From Chrysomallon squamiferum (Eukaryota; Animalia; Mollusca): a DNA stretch of 64,000 nucleotides. The notes beneath the pieces are model-generated. The model had not been told where the DNA came from, did no database searches, and saw only the letters and a list, made by a program, of their open reading frames with translations. Shown piece after piece: positions 12,258-33,694 of this stretch. Position numbers and translations under genes: made by a program. The DNA is taken from positions 25,854,001-25,918,000 of the forward strand of contig CM022671.1 in the NCBI GenBank assembly GCA_012295275.1. The letters are read 5' to 3'. The first letter of the stretch is position 1; every line of letters begins with the position of its first letter.

Positions 12258-14707
12258 CCAAGACAAAAAACAAAAAAAAGAGCCAGAAGAACGAACCAAT
12301 TTTAAAAAACAGTAATCACTTGTTAATAAACAAGTTTCCCCCCGATTTGTAAATTCATGATTGTAACAAGTTTGTCCTGTTATAAAAAAAACAAATGTTC
12401 TTGGACTAATTTTTGTAAATGGTAAAAAAAAAAAAAAAATATCTCTGGCTGGTGTTAGGCTTTTTCTCAGACATGATTGTATTCATTGTAGTCAGAAAAG
12501 TTTTAATGTGTTTTTTTTTTCTCACAAAATCACAGATTTACTGTGTTTTTTTTAATTTTAGAACAGATATTTTTGCTCAGGGTAACAAATTCTCCACACC
12601 ATTTTTAAACAGTATTTACTAACGAAATGAAATCCATTGCAAGTGCCAAACTAAGAATGTGTGTGCCAAACTGCATGATATCTTCTAACATTTGGAAATA
12701 TTTATGAACTGTTTGCACAGATTTCAAAACTTCAAAAAAGAGTTAAGGTTGTTTTGCCAAAAGTTTTAAACGGAATCAAAATATTCTACACATTATGATA
12801 AGTTGTGTAATCAAGCAGAATATTTAAAATAAAGAGGCAAATGTCAGAGACATCATTTTGGTATGTAAATCTGTTGGTGCTGTTGTCAGTGTGTTATTTT
12901 TATTTCTCTGTTTATAACCTCGTCCAGTGAGCTTCACCTTTTCATCTTGTTATCTATAATTATACATGAATGAAATATTACTGTCATCCACAAAACCCCA
13001 AAATACAGCTATTACATTTAGAAGTTTTTAATGTTGGATTTTTAAAAAATGTATGTGTATGTATATATATATATATGAAGGTATAATAACATCCTTGATC
13101 TCTTGTATACTTTTATTTTATAATTGTTAATTTTTAATAACTGCTATATTTTTATGGTTTATACAGAACTTTTAAAAAATATTTTAACTTTTGGAAATAT
13201 ATTGTTTTTGAATGCTTAGGGAGGTCACTATTTTTGTTTTGGTTTTTAGCTGTGATATTTACATTATATATATTTATACCATCGAGTTTCTTAATGTTTA
13301 TAAAATTATTTATTTATTTATATATTTATAGAAGATATTTCTAAATCCATTCCCTGAACTTTTTGAAATACATTTAAAACAGTTTAACATATTCAGATTT
13401 TACAGAGCCAAAACATAGTCAAAATTTAAAATAAATACCTACAGACATAAAAATGATAATAATAATAAGAAGAAGAAGAAGAAAGGAAAAACAACCAACC
13501 TGAGAATAAATTAAGGGTTTGTTAAGGAATTTATTTTCTAAAAATATTTTTTTAATAAATTTTTAACTTTTTCATTTTATTGTATTTTTCATAAGAATAT
13601 TTAGAAGAGGATTTTACCTGGTTTATTTCATCCATCTTTTATTTTTATTTTATTTTATTTTATTTTATTTTATTTTATTTTATTTTATTTTTTATTATTT
13701 TTTTTTTTTTAAGAGCAACTGTTTTGGGTTTTTTTCTTTGATAGATGGCTAGTTTTTTATATATATATATATAATTAAAATAAAAATGATATATATGTAA
13801 TTATTTTTTTAAATGTTAGACATTGCTGTGTTCAGAAAAAAAGAGCTATATTTGTACTAAACTGTACTCCTCATAATGTATGTATATGTAAGTACACATG
13901 TACATAATTATTAGTTTTTTAAGACATTTTAATGAAGAAAATTATTTGGTGAACATTTTGTTATTTATTTCTACTTGTACATACTTTGATTTATCTGTGA
14001 TACGAGTGACAATATAATATTATATATACAAGCACACACGTACACACGTTTTTATTAGAAGATTGTCATTTTCAGCATATCTTGTACAGTATAATTATAT
14101 GCACTTTAAGGTTTGTCAAAAATTGAATGTGTTCATTGAAACAAAAGACTTATATAACTGTATAAACATGTTTTGTATGTGTGTAGACATGTTGTCCACA
14201 AAATGTACCAGTATTAAATATTTCATATATTTTGTTTTCATGTATGTTTCTGTCTCATGTTCAGTACAGAAAAATGAGTGTCATTTTTTAATCATTTCAC
14301 TTATTTGATTTTTTGAAACATTCAAATACAGAGCCATAGTTAAAGAATTGATATATTTTTTATTTGTTATTGTTACAATATAACAGCATAATGTCCGTCT
14401 GCTTTGTACATATTGTATTAAAATAAACATAAAAATTATTTATACCTATATTGCTTTAGTAGATGTTTGTTTTAAATGGCATTTTACTGTGTATATTTCT
14501 TAAATTAAATCTGCATGGGTGTATTTGTGATCTAAAGTTTGTTTCATGCTGAAAGATTTTGTCCAAAATATTGGTTGTTATCCCTATTATTAACATAAAA
14601 CAGAAGAAACAATAATGGAATGGATACAGAGTGAAAACATTAATGTTAAAATGTGGGGTATTTTTTAAAGTTTCTTTTAATAATAAAAATGTTTAACCTA
14701 TTTTTTG

Positions 14708-14748
<41 letters not shown>

Positions 14749-15384
14749 CTTTATTATAATTTTTGCTGGCATCCTGTCATAGATACAGCATTTAATAATA
14801 TTGTGATACTACAGTAGCAAATGTATTAATAATAATCTTAGGTATGACGAAACCATCTCCAATGAATGGTTAAAAATCTATTTTTTTTTTTTATACCTGT
14901 GCATACCATAAAGCAAATAAAAGATATATGACTTTTTTCACATGAAATCATTAAAACGTAAATCATATTTATTCCGTGACATTTCTTAAAAAAAAATTAA
15001 TAATAAATAAACTTAATTACCAAAAAAAAAAATTTTTTTTTTGCAAGTAATTAAAAAACAAAAAATATATATTGTTAAATAAAACACTAAATGTTTTTTC
15101 TCCATTGTATATTGTGAAGCTTTCAAAAATAAAAAATAAAAACATCTGTTTTTGGGATAAAAGAACTTTATTGTTTGAGAAAAGCTAAGTAGTTCATTAA
15201 AAGGAACCACCAATCTGTACATCAGTTAACTTTTTTATTTATTTTAGTGATGACTAGATGTTTTTTGAATGTGGCCTAATATCTGATCTTAATATTTATG
15301 TTTATAGTTTATTAATTTATCTTTGATTTTTTATTTTTCTAATAATTAATAAAATTATTTTTCATTTTTTAAAATGCATTATCC

Positions 15385-15435
<51 letters not shown>

Positions 15436-17523
15436 GTTACTTTAAAAACACTGAAGTTGTACAGTCTTGCCACAGAAATAAAGTTTTTCAACATCAACAG
15501 AGTTCAAAATCAAAAGTTTCATCAGGAAATTGATTAAATATAATAATTAAAATTGATTAAAAATTAATAATACCTATCAGGTGTGACAGGTCAAAGAGTA
15601 TGTTACAGATTAAAGCTTCAGATATTTAGTATTGAACTTGCTTTATTTGACTATCATTTTTATGAATTGATATATTTACAAAATCTATATAAAAATGTTT
15701 TTGGTGTGTGTTGCTGTTATATATTATACAAATGTATATATATATACATTAATAAATTTTATTTATTAAATCAAACATTTTGCTGTTTATTACTTCTTTT
15801 TTGGGAGAGGAGATTTTAGGAATTAAATATAAAGAAGAAAAAAAAGAATGATGTTACCATGGTGAGTATGTTATAAACCTTATCCATGCATGAAATTTTG
15901 TGATATGATAAAAATGCATGACAAAGGTTTGTGAAATTAAATGTCTGAGCTGATCTTCCAGTCATTACCAACATTGCTAAAACTCTAAAGCAGATCAAGT
16001 CTTCAACAAAATATAAAATATCTCTGCACTCCATTATCACAAGACTATGGTACACTGAACATTGGTGATAGCAGATTTCTTACTGAGATATGCTACTGAT
16101 AAGCAACAATGGTTGTCAGGGTTTAAGTCTGTTTCAGAGAAAGTTTACAAATCCTTTAAATGCAAATGTGATTTGTGGCCTCTGCTACAAATACTGTCAC
16201 TGGTCCATTCAGAATTGTTTATTGTATTGACATTTCTTTAGTCACTGAAACATGCTGGCAGTTTCATTAGATTTCGTACTTGCTTCAACCATTCAATTTG
16301 CTCACTGAAGTTAATTTAGAGTCAAACTTAGTAGTTACAATGATTATTTGAGGGTTTTTTTTTTCTTTTTTTCTGCTAATTCTATGATTCTATTTTAGAT
16401 AGTGGCCCAACTTGTTCAGCAGTGTTTGGGAAAATATATTTTAGAGATCAGATCATAACAGCAGACATTGGAGTAGTGAAAACGTTCCCAATAAACATTA
16501 CACATGGTCATTTATATAACTAAAGGTGTCAAAGTTGTAAAATATAAATTCTTAAACATACTTAAATTTAAGCAAACTGTTTAAAAGTCAATAAAAAATG
16601 TATTTTAGTATTACAAAACTGTCTTTCATGTCAAACAATAATTATATTTTGGTTAATTGTACTCTGTATCACACAGTGGGTGCTCTGACTACCACCACCA
16701 CTGAAAGGTTCATAAAAAAGGTCCATAAAAATCATCGTTTCAGTCAGTTTTATGTGGGAATCACATAACAATTTGTACAGGTAATGTTTGTTATTAACAA
16801 CTGTTAATACTAAAATGTGTTGAGATTTTGTTTAAAACTTTTATAATTATTATGGAGTGGAGGTTTTTAGGTTTTTTTCATTTTCAGAGTGGTGTAGCCT
16901 TCTGTTGTTGCCCTGGTGCTGAATTCATGGGAAAATATTCCAAACTATAACCTGATGACTAAGTTTATTACAACACTGTATATACATGTCATACTTGATA
17001 TGGGTTAGAAAATATGATGACTGGATCCATGTAATTTAGATCTAAATAAAAACAGATAAAACAAAAATCATGTTTATGTATATCTATATAATTTGAATAT
17101 TCATTAGATTTTTATTTCTTTAATTTTTTTTTTTTTTTTTTTTTTATAGAGATGTAGTAAAAATTTATTTTCCAATAGGGAAACAAACAACAAACAAACA
17201 TACACCACAGTAAGTATTTAATGATAGTTTGAAAACAAAATGTAAGAGTACAAAAACAAAATTTGTAAATACCATATATGTATTTCTGTAGCAAATAATA
17301 ATCACATAAGCCCAAAATTGTCTTTTCCCTTATTATTTGGCAAGTTTAAGGCCATATAATGAAATCTACAAAAACAGGAATATAATTTCTTAAATATAAT
17401 TTAATATTAACATCTGAAAATTTTCTCTTTTTTGCTAAAACAATGTGATTAAAAAAAAAAAAAAAAGAAACAATAGAAACAATATTTAATAATAATAATA
17501 ATAATATAAAAATAATAATAAAA

Positions 17524-17559
<36 letters not shown>

Positions 17560-18179
17560 TAATAATAATAATAATAATAAAGGAAGTAAAAAGATTACAG
17601 GTTTTCACCAGTATTGAAATAATTTTTTTAATTAATTAATCATTTCATTAACACTATATATTAGATTAGATTTAAAAATATATTTATTGCTAATAAGACT
17701 TTACAAAATGTTTATAATAATTAAAATATTGCTTATGGTCAATATATGAATACATATTTATGACACATTTATTATGTATTTAATTAAATTTAAATTTTTT
17801 AAATGTAACTTAAAAACAAACTTAAACAAAAAGTAAATACAAGACTGAATTGAACACTGCTGAGATTTTTCTACTTAAAATGTCAGTATGTCATTGTCTT
17901 TGATTTTTTTTTACACCAGATACAAAATGCATAAATTATTTCTTATTTACACAGAAAAAAAAAATACAAATGATATAAAATAGTGGAAACACTGGTTTTC
18001 ACTTTTGTGGTAAACTGTATAAAAATTTACAGTGGTTCAGTCTAACTGTATAAAACATTACAAAACTGTATATAAACTTTTTATTAGAAAACATCTATTT
18101 AAAATTCTATTGCAATAATAAAAAATATATAGATTTTAAATGTGGAATGTGTAACTAAGAATAATTATTATAATTCATA

Positions 18180-18231
<52 letters not shown>

Positions 18232-20597
18232 TTTCAAAAAGGAAATAAAAAAAAAAAAAAATAAATAAATAAAATAAAATAATAAAATAAAAACTTTAAA
18301 TAAATTATATTTCAGCTAAAAGGAAATATTTATAAAAAGAAATTTATTTTCTCATATTTATTAATTTCCAAATAGCAGTCCTTGTCATTATCATTAAATA
18401 TTTATTAGTAATTTTGGTTTCCCATTCACTTTTGAAGAATATAAATCATAAGATTTACAAAAATTTCCACAAGAATTTCCACTTTGTAGATATATTTGCA
18501 TGTGGTTATATAATACAAGTAATTATTATTCTAAGACTTGGTATAAATAAGATAATAGAGTAACACAATTAATGAATACAAGATTATAAAACAAAATACT
18601 GAAGTCAGAAATGCTGTGCTTTGATACAATTTTTTTTTTTTTCTTTTTTTTTGGGGGGGGTAAATGCAACTGTTTTTTTACATAACTGATGATATATATT
18701 ACTTTTATCTAGCAATTACCAGAAATTACCATTTTATCCTTCTATCTAATTTATTAAAATGTGTGAGTGCGCGTGCATGTGTATGTGTGAAAAAATAACA
18801 ATATTAAATCTTTATATCAATATTATTTTATGTGACAGATATACCCATAATATAATCAAACAACTTTATAATATTACATAGTGGCAGTAATATTTTATTA
18901 ATTAATATACTCATTCATTAATATATATCAGACACTATATTAAATAATAAATAATAATGGTAATATATTAAAAACAAATTTATCAATGAATCAGTACATT
19001 AAGCTTTTTTTTTTAATGAAAATTATAAATTACTCTTCCTAATGTCTGCTAATCACTAAAAAAATTACTATTAACAAAGTAGACCAGCTAAAACAGACAT
19101 TAAACATTTTAGATCTGCCTCTTTTTTTTTTTTTTTTTTTTTTTTCATGCATTGGTACATATACTGCAATCCAGCAACACAGACAAAGCTTTGCTATCTA
19201 ATTCAGTTAATTATTTGTTATTTCATGATAACTGCTTACATCAGACTCACATGCCAATTAATGGTTGAATATTGTTAAAAACATGTAAATAATTTGAACT
19301 TGGGAACAGCAGTGATACTTCTTCTGTCATAATGTCACTATGAAAACATTTGATCAAACTCTCGTATTTTTAAATTGTAATTTTTAAAATGTTTATACTC
19401 AGAATTTTAAACAATAAATTTTAATACAGAATATTTTTCATTCAACACATGACGAAGATACAAATAGCAAACAGGTATCATCTTCTCTGCTTAAATATAA
19501 ATAATAAATTTCTAATGGGATTAAATAAAAACAACTAATCATCTACATTCTTCTGAATGTTATCTGAAATAAAAACTGAATGTGTAACCAGTGATAGTAA
19601 ATTAACAAATGAAGTATTTAGATAAATGATTTCCATAATTTTCATAGCAAGGAATCCACATGAAGCACAATGATGTAACTAAACTCTGCACTGAGAAAAA
19701 TCTCTGAAATTCAGAATTAGCACACTCTGATTTTTCTATATTCAACATGTTCTACAGATTAATGTGGTTAAATTTATTTGTACATAAAACATTTGGATAA
19801 AAAAGTGTGTGGAAAAAAAAAGGTTTTAAGGTACAGTTTGATTTATTAAAAGAAAAAACAATCTGATAAAAGGGCAACAGAAAAAAAGGAAAGTTTTTAA
19901 TATATATTATTTGAAGCAAAAATTAATTAAAAGAAATAACTCATGTTGCATCAGAAAACTATTTTAGTTATTACAAATATTCATCCACTGAAATAAACAA
20001 AGTAATCGCTGGGCTGAAAATAGTTCATACATTTCTCTTACAACATACATTAATAAGGAGTTAAACCCTGTTTTTTTTACATGAGGAAATTTAATATTTT
20101 TAAACATAATTTTCCTGTATTAAAACCAGGAATTAAACTATTTTGTCTGGTAATAAAAGTTTACCTGTTCGCAGTTTCCAAAACAAATATATTATGTGTA
20201 AAGCAATAAGAATATCAATTAAAAACTTGAAGTATCTGCATTTTTCAATTACTATTTTAATGAAACACTGAAAAATCACCTGGCACCATTGTAATCTATC
20301 TTTAGTCATGATCATATTGTTTTAACAAGCAAAGAATCTCATCGATGTTCTATTAAATAATTTAGAAAAAAAATAATAATACCTTTATCATTAGCAAAGA
20401 CAAATTTGGGAATGATCTGGAATAATTTGTCAGAGAGAGAACCCATTTCATGTTTCCTTTAGTTAGGGAGTTCATTTATGTTCAGTATACTGTGTGAAAG
20501 TTTATTAGTAAAACAGTCAGAGTGCAAAACGTCACATCCACATGACAGTGGTGTTGAGCAGATACAAGGACACACGTTTCCCACTGGCTAAGAATAT

Positions 20598-27154
<6,557 letters not shown>

Positions 27155-27990
27155 TTTGAACGCTACTTCCTCGTGATGTAATCGCAACAGGTTCTCGCAA
27201 AATGTACCCAAATGGGGATGTATCAAATACTTATTTTACCCACATTTATTTTAAGAACAGAACAAAGCCCTTCAGAATTTATTTCTGTTTGTGGTTTCGA
27301 ATATTTATAATGATTTTTTTTTAAAAATATATTCATAATGCTTTCATCCTTTTTTATTCTGATTTTTATTTATTTTCCTTTTTTTTTCATAACTGTACCT
27401 ACGTGCCATATACTGTAACTAAATTTAAAAAAAAAAAAACGTATAATAATAATAATTACGTTTAAAAAATAAATTATTATTAAACTGTAGTTATCAGTTC
27501 TGTTAAGAATTTTTATATTATTATTCTTATTTGTAAAATAAATAAAAACAAGGTGGACGAATTCTGTAGGGGCGGAATATCTTTGTACTTGAGATCAACA
27601 AGGATTGCTGTGCCTAGCAACTTGCACAACATCAGATGACATTTCCTGTAGTGTATTCTTCACAACGAAAGAAAACAGTTATACCAGTCATTTATTTTTG
27701 TTTATTGTGTTATTATCATTCAGTTTCAACTGAAAGATTATATTATTCCAAAAATAATAATATTATAGTAATAAATAGATGTATGGGTTTACACTGTTAT
27801 TATTATTTTTGCTGTTGTCGTAATCGTTGTTAGTCTGTTGATTTTGTTTTATGAGTATTTAGTCATTTGTTGTTGTTTATTTTATTTTTTAGCGCTTTTA
27901 TTTATTTATTATTATTATTATTATTTTACAACTTATAATTTTGTTTGTGACATGTTTATGTTTAAGTTTTTGTTGTTTTTACTTTTCTTT

Positions 27991-28038
<48 letters not shown>

Positions 28039-28444
28039 TAATAATGTATTTTATCATTTATATTTTTTTGTTCCTCATCCTCTTTTTTATTATTACTTTA
28101 TAAGTTTTATTTTTTCATTTCGGTGTTGTATTGTTGGAATCCGTTTACTATGGAAGTCGAAAGCTTAGCATTATTGACCTACACTAAAAATAGTTCCAAA
28201 ATTAAATAAGAAAAGCATAATCTGAGTTTATTGTATACATACAAAGGGTGTTTGAGGGTAAAACACAGATTTGTGATACTTATGCTACCAATATCCGTCG
28301 CCTATTTTTAACAATATAAATTCACGAATTCATGAATAAACAAAGCATACAACGTGTTTGTACAGAGTAAACAATTTTATGATACAGAAATATATTCACC
28401 GCTTTCAGTTTAGTAATGCAAAGCAGATTATTATTAATTTTAAT

Positions 28445-28632
28445 GTGTGTACGCGTCTGTGTGTTTGGGTACGGTACGCTTATATGTTATAAACGAAAAA
28501 TATATGTTAAATGCATGCTGTAACATGAACGTGCGTTTGTGTGCGTCTGTGTGTTTGGTTACGGTACGCTTGTATGTTATGAACGAAAAATGTATATTAA
28601 ATGCATGTTGCAACATGAATGTGTGTTTGTAC
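28445..28632. repeat. Tandem duplication, 2 x ~90 bp
   Basis: GCGTCTGTGTGTTTGG.TACGGTACGCTT...AAATGCATG.TG.AACATGAA occurs twice with a 90-bp period. Confidence 0.85.
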
Positions 28633-30325
28633 TCATTGAGATAGATAAGTAAAACAATACAGATAGATTAAATTATTTATTCTGTTTCGTTTTCTTCACT
28701 TTTTATTTTTTATCTTTACATATAGAATGTATATTTTTAAAAATACATAAATCTGTACAATATATTCTTTCATCAACATCTTCTTTCCTAGCGCATGCAT
28801 TCGTACATAAACCGAAGTACGTATACATCCTCAAAAATGTGCACATATTTCTGCCGAGTTGTTTTTTAACAATGACCCAAACAAATTCAAATATGAACTC
28901 AAAGTTACTACTTTTGGACATCATTTTGTCATAATAGAATTGTAGTCAAAATTAAGGATTACATTTACATGACAGCAGAATTAATCTTATTTTTCTTTCT
29001 TTCTTTCTTTTTTCGGTTTATCGTTTAATTTGACAGGTATAATCACGTATTCGATTTCATATCGATAATGATAAACAACGTTTTTCGATTTGGTAAATGC
29101 AATATTATTTTTATTTATTTATTCCCTTGACTTCTGGTATATTTATAACTTTAGATATTTTTTGTTTGTTGTTTGTTTGGTTTGTTTGGGTTTTTCTAAA
29201 AATATTACTGAATTCGAAATGAATGTTTTTGTCTACATAATTTTTAATTTTTATATACAGTAATTTTTATTTTTATTATTACTATTACTACTTTTTATTT
29301 ATTTATTTATTTTTTTAACATTTTTATTTCTCTTTCTTAAAGTACATTAATAGTACTTGTATGCTTCTTAAGACGGAAAACACTTTGGTAGCAAAATCTG
29401 AAGCGAAATGATGGAATTAACCGTGATTAAAACAACAGAAAACAGTAGAGCTTTTCATTGTTTAATTCTGCATCTACCTGAAAAATGCACGTACGCGTTT
29501 CCTGTCTAGCGACATGCAAATAATCGTTATAAATAATACATTACCTATTATTAAATACGTAAATCACAAACAGGATCGAAGTGCGTTTCGAATATTGATC
29601 TGTTACTAAGGCGATTTAATCGTACAGGTCAGATGTTCGATTGTCAGTTAAACCACGAGTCTATGAAGTAAATAAAAATAAAAAGGCACTAATGTTCAGA
29701 TTTTTACAGGTTAAAAGTTTTTTATTAAATTGCTTAATTAATTCAGTGGAATTAATGGCTGCACCGACAACTTATATCTTTTGTATAAAAGGCAACAGCT
29801 CTTTGATTTCAGTCTTAAGTAATAAACATTGTAGTACCTTTGCGGATGTCAAGATGAACAGTACAGATTGACCTCATTTCAAGAAGAAATGTCCTGGAGG
29901 TTGTTTTTAGTTATGTTTTTAAAGTATATAATTATGTCTCCGAGTGTGTAATAACTACTATGTGTACTAACTATGTATATGTTTAATAACTATGTGTATG
30001 TAAATGCGAGTGTGTAAGAACTATGTATACGAATGCATGTTTGCGATTGTCTCTGGCTGTGTGCGTGGGTGTGTGTTCTTATTTAAGGAAGAAACTTAAC
30101 TTGATCAGAGAATAGGGCACTCGCTTGTGGCGGAGCGATTTGTACCAGGACCAGTCCTCCTCGTTGTACTCAGTTATCGATAACCGATATATCAAAGTCC
30201 ATGGTAAGTGCTGCTATCCGTTTGACAAATCAATAAAACAACCCAGCGACTTGATTAACTCACAGATACTACTACAAAATGTTCTTTAGCCATTCAGTTA
30301 TCCGCGCCTTTGATTAGTCAGTTCG

Positions 30326-30491
30326 TTACTTCAGCTTTGCCGTAAAATAAAGAGTAAAAACCAACACATATGTTAGGACGCCGACACATATTCCAATGAT
30401 CACAAACAACAGAGCTATTTTAGCTTTTTTCTTAGCTTCGTTTTCATCTCCCAGCTTCCAAGCCCAATTGGATTTCACTGAAACAAAACAA

Positions 30492-30546
<55 letters not shown>

Positions 30547-30695
30547 TAACAATAATAATAATAATTAAAATTCATAAATAAATCATTTTATTTTTAATAT
30601 TGACTGAATATATTTAAAATATTATATAGAAATCAACTTAAAATATTTTAATAAGATATACCTTTCCTTATATTCTTTTGTATTATGGTAGTGTC

Positions 30696-30744
<49 letters not shown>

Positions 30745-30853
30745 GTCATTATCATCATCATTATTTATTTATTTATTCTTTATTATTATTATTCTTGTTG
30801 TTGTTGTCGTCGTTGTTGTTGTTATTATTATTATTAATCTTCTTTTTTTAATT

Positions 30854-30897
<44 letters not shown>

Positions 30898-31774
30898 GTA
30901 TGTATTTTTTTTTATTATTATTAATTTTTTCTTTTAGAAAGTAATTATTCTTTTTAAAAAGAACATCGTTAATATCGTGGGGTTTTTTTGTTTTTGTTTT
31001 TGTTTGTTATTGTTTTATTTTTTTATTTTTTTGAACACGGCAGAATTTTTAATATGTTTTATTAGTCCCATTTGAAATTAAAATTTAAGGTAATTTTAAA
31101 AACGCATTTTGTTATTATGCAGTGCTATGTTTAAGGATATACAATGACGAAACGACCATATGAACTAATAATGTATCAGACAGTGCATTTTATCAGATAG
31201 TAAATTTAACTAAGTAACTAAACAAATCAACAAATCAAATTAAATAACATAATTAAAATAAAACCAAAACAATGACAGAATGAAGAAAAAAGAAGAAAAT
31301 CAGAGCAAGGCTAAATTTAGTTAGTTTATTTTAGCTTGTATTCAGTTAATTGCAGAAACTTCGTCATTAATTATAGAAACTGCCATTTCAGATTAGTCAA
31401 AAACAGCAACATCCAATTAATTCGATAAAAAAAAAAAAAACTGTTAATGTGATTTTATAAAACAAAAGAAAAACTGCTACAGATTAATTTAAATTATGGA
31501 ACTTTAAAAAACAATTGGTATAAAAGTATGGTTTACGGGTAACTAGTCATTCATTTCGGTATGTACAGAAAACATATTCGCTTATTTCAATTTCGCACAA
31601 CTCCAGATATTTTTCCCCTGTTTATTATAAAACTAACTGAATCTTGAAATTTATGTCAACATTAATTCATCCTTTTTATCAAACATTCGAATCAGTTAGT
31701 TTCTTGTTAAATATTTTTTTTAATAAAGTATTTGATAATAATAAAAATTCGTAAAATATCTACCAGTATTTTTC

Positions 31775-31806
<32 letters not shown>

Positions 31807-32383
31807 TTATTATTATTATTATTATTATTATATGCTATTTTATCTATTTTTGTTTTAATCGAATAAGTCACTTATTTCTATTTGTATATCTATGTGTGTG
31901 TGTGTTTGTGTATTTCTGGATCAACTGGTACGTTTACGTTTTACCAGAATGCCTTAACTCTTAATCGAACTCTTTACGCCAGTTTTACACTGATATTATC
32001 ATTATTATTTGGCCTCTACGTTTTACACACTCTGATACCAAAGGAAAACTTAATAGAAAAAAAACTTAGCAAAATAGGAGCTCACCTCCAAAGTGGTATC
32101 CCAGTAAACCGAATATAAAATTACATGCAAATATCACAAAACAAGAGGTCATAACAAAGTCTTTTGGCTTTCGACTTGGATCCGGTTTCTGAGCAACGAT
32201 AGGCACTGACGTTTGGTTCACAACAACTTGACTGTTCGATGACGTGAACTGTACATTGGAGTCTTTTCCGGGTAAGCTTGTGGAGTCTGAAACTGGATAT
32301 CGTTTTGTTAGGTCTATGTGAACCTCCTGATGATCTATGGTGGCAACATCACCACGTTGAGGTGTGTAACTCCCTGATGACAT
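30326..32383 (-). CDS. CD225/dispanin family (PRRT/TMEM233/IFITM-like) membrane protein, ~149 aa
   Basis: Coding exons 32383-32086 and 30477-30326 join in phase 1: ...PKDFVMTSCFVIFACNFIFGLLGYHFG|VKSNWAWKLGDENEAKKKAKIALLFVIIGICVGVLTYVLVFTLYFTAKLK*. This shows the CD225 pattern: P.D + hydrophobic segment + GD...A loop + TM helix. The acceptor at 32391-32392 implies a non-coding first exon (probable donor GTGAG at ~33862). Confidence 0.85.
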
Positions 32384-32496
32384 GCTGCCTCTGAAACATT
32401 GGAACACTCATTTAAAAAAAAAAAAATAAATAAATAAATAAATAAATAAATATCCCTGTACTATCTGTTATTATCATTCAGTACGAGATTATTCCA

Positions 32497-32548
<52 letters not shown>

Positions 32549-32668
32549 TAATAATAAGTAGATGTATGGTTTTACAGTATCATTATCACTTTTGTTGTCG
32601 TCAACTTTGTTAGTTTATTGATTTTTTAGTCATTTGTTGTTGTTTTTTTGGGAGGCTTTTTAGCGCTT

Positions 32669-32707
<39 letters not shown>

Positions 32708-33638
32708 TTTTTGTTTACAGTTGTCTTGGAATTTAAAATAAAAGGGGTGAGTATTCACATGTAGCTGTCAGATATATACAAAATTGCACGCATGTACAAA
32801 ATTGTCCATATATAAATTAAGTACAATGAATAAGACTAGCGGCCCGTAATAAACAAGTATATTAATATACTAGCTCAAGATAAAATGTATATGTTCAAGA
32901 TTAAATATAAATATGTAATAAAGATAGCAATTAATAAAATTGGTGTTATTTTAAAAAGTGTCTTCAAACTGTATGAACTACGATTAATAAATTTTCCAAA
33001 AGTTTTTATTATATTTTTATATTTGTCGTATTTGGATATATGTAAGTAATAAATGAATTGTCAACTATTACTATTATTATTATTAGCATTATTATTTTAA
33101 AAAAGAAGAGCAAAAAATATAAACAAATAATAAAAATTTAAAAAATGCGCCACTAGTTAGTGCTAGTTGTGTTTACTGTAGTTTGTATCTGTATTTATAA
33201 CATATTTAGTTTTCAATAATAATAATAACAACAACAACAACAACAATAATAATAATAAAACATTAAGGCTATAAAAAAAAACTATGACACTTTTGTTTTG
33301 TCTTTTTTTTTCTTTTTTTTTTAAATTTTGAATTTATCAGTTGCCAAAACATTGTAAAACAATACTCTTAATCTGATAAAAGATTTATAGGTATAGGACT
33401 ACAAATATTTGAATAGCTATATCCATCCTTTTAAACTGAAATGTATAGCGATGTGCTATTTTTAACTATACAAAGTATTTAAAGCACAGAAAACTGGTTG
33501 TTATTATTCAGAAAGGCTTGGCCAAAAATTTATACGTAATAAATGTATGTTGACTAAATTCCTCAAATATTTGTTTGTATGTTACACTCTTAAAAGATTA
33601 TTAACTTTTCCATACTGTATCATCAATATTATAAATTG

Positions 33639-33694
<56 letters not shown>

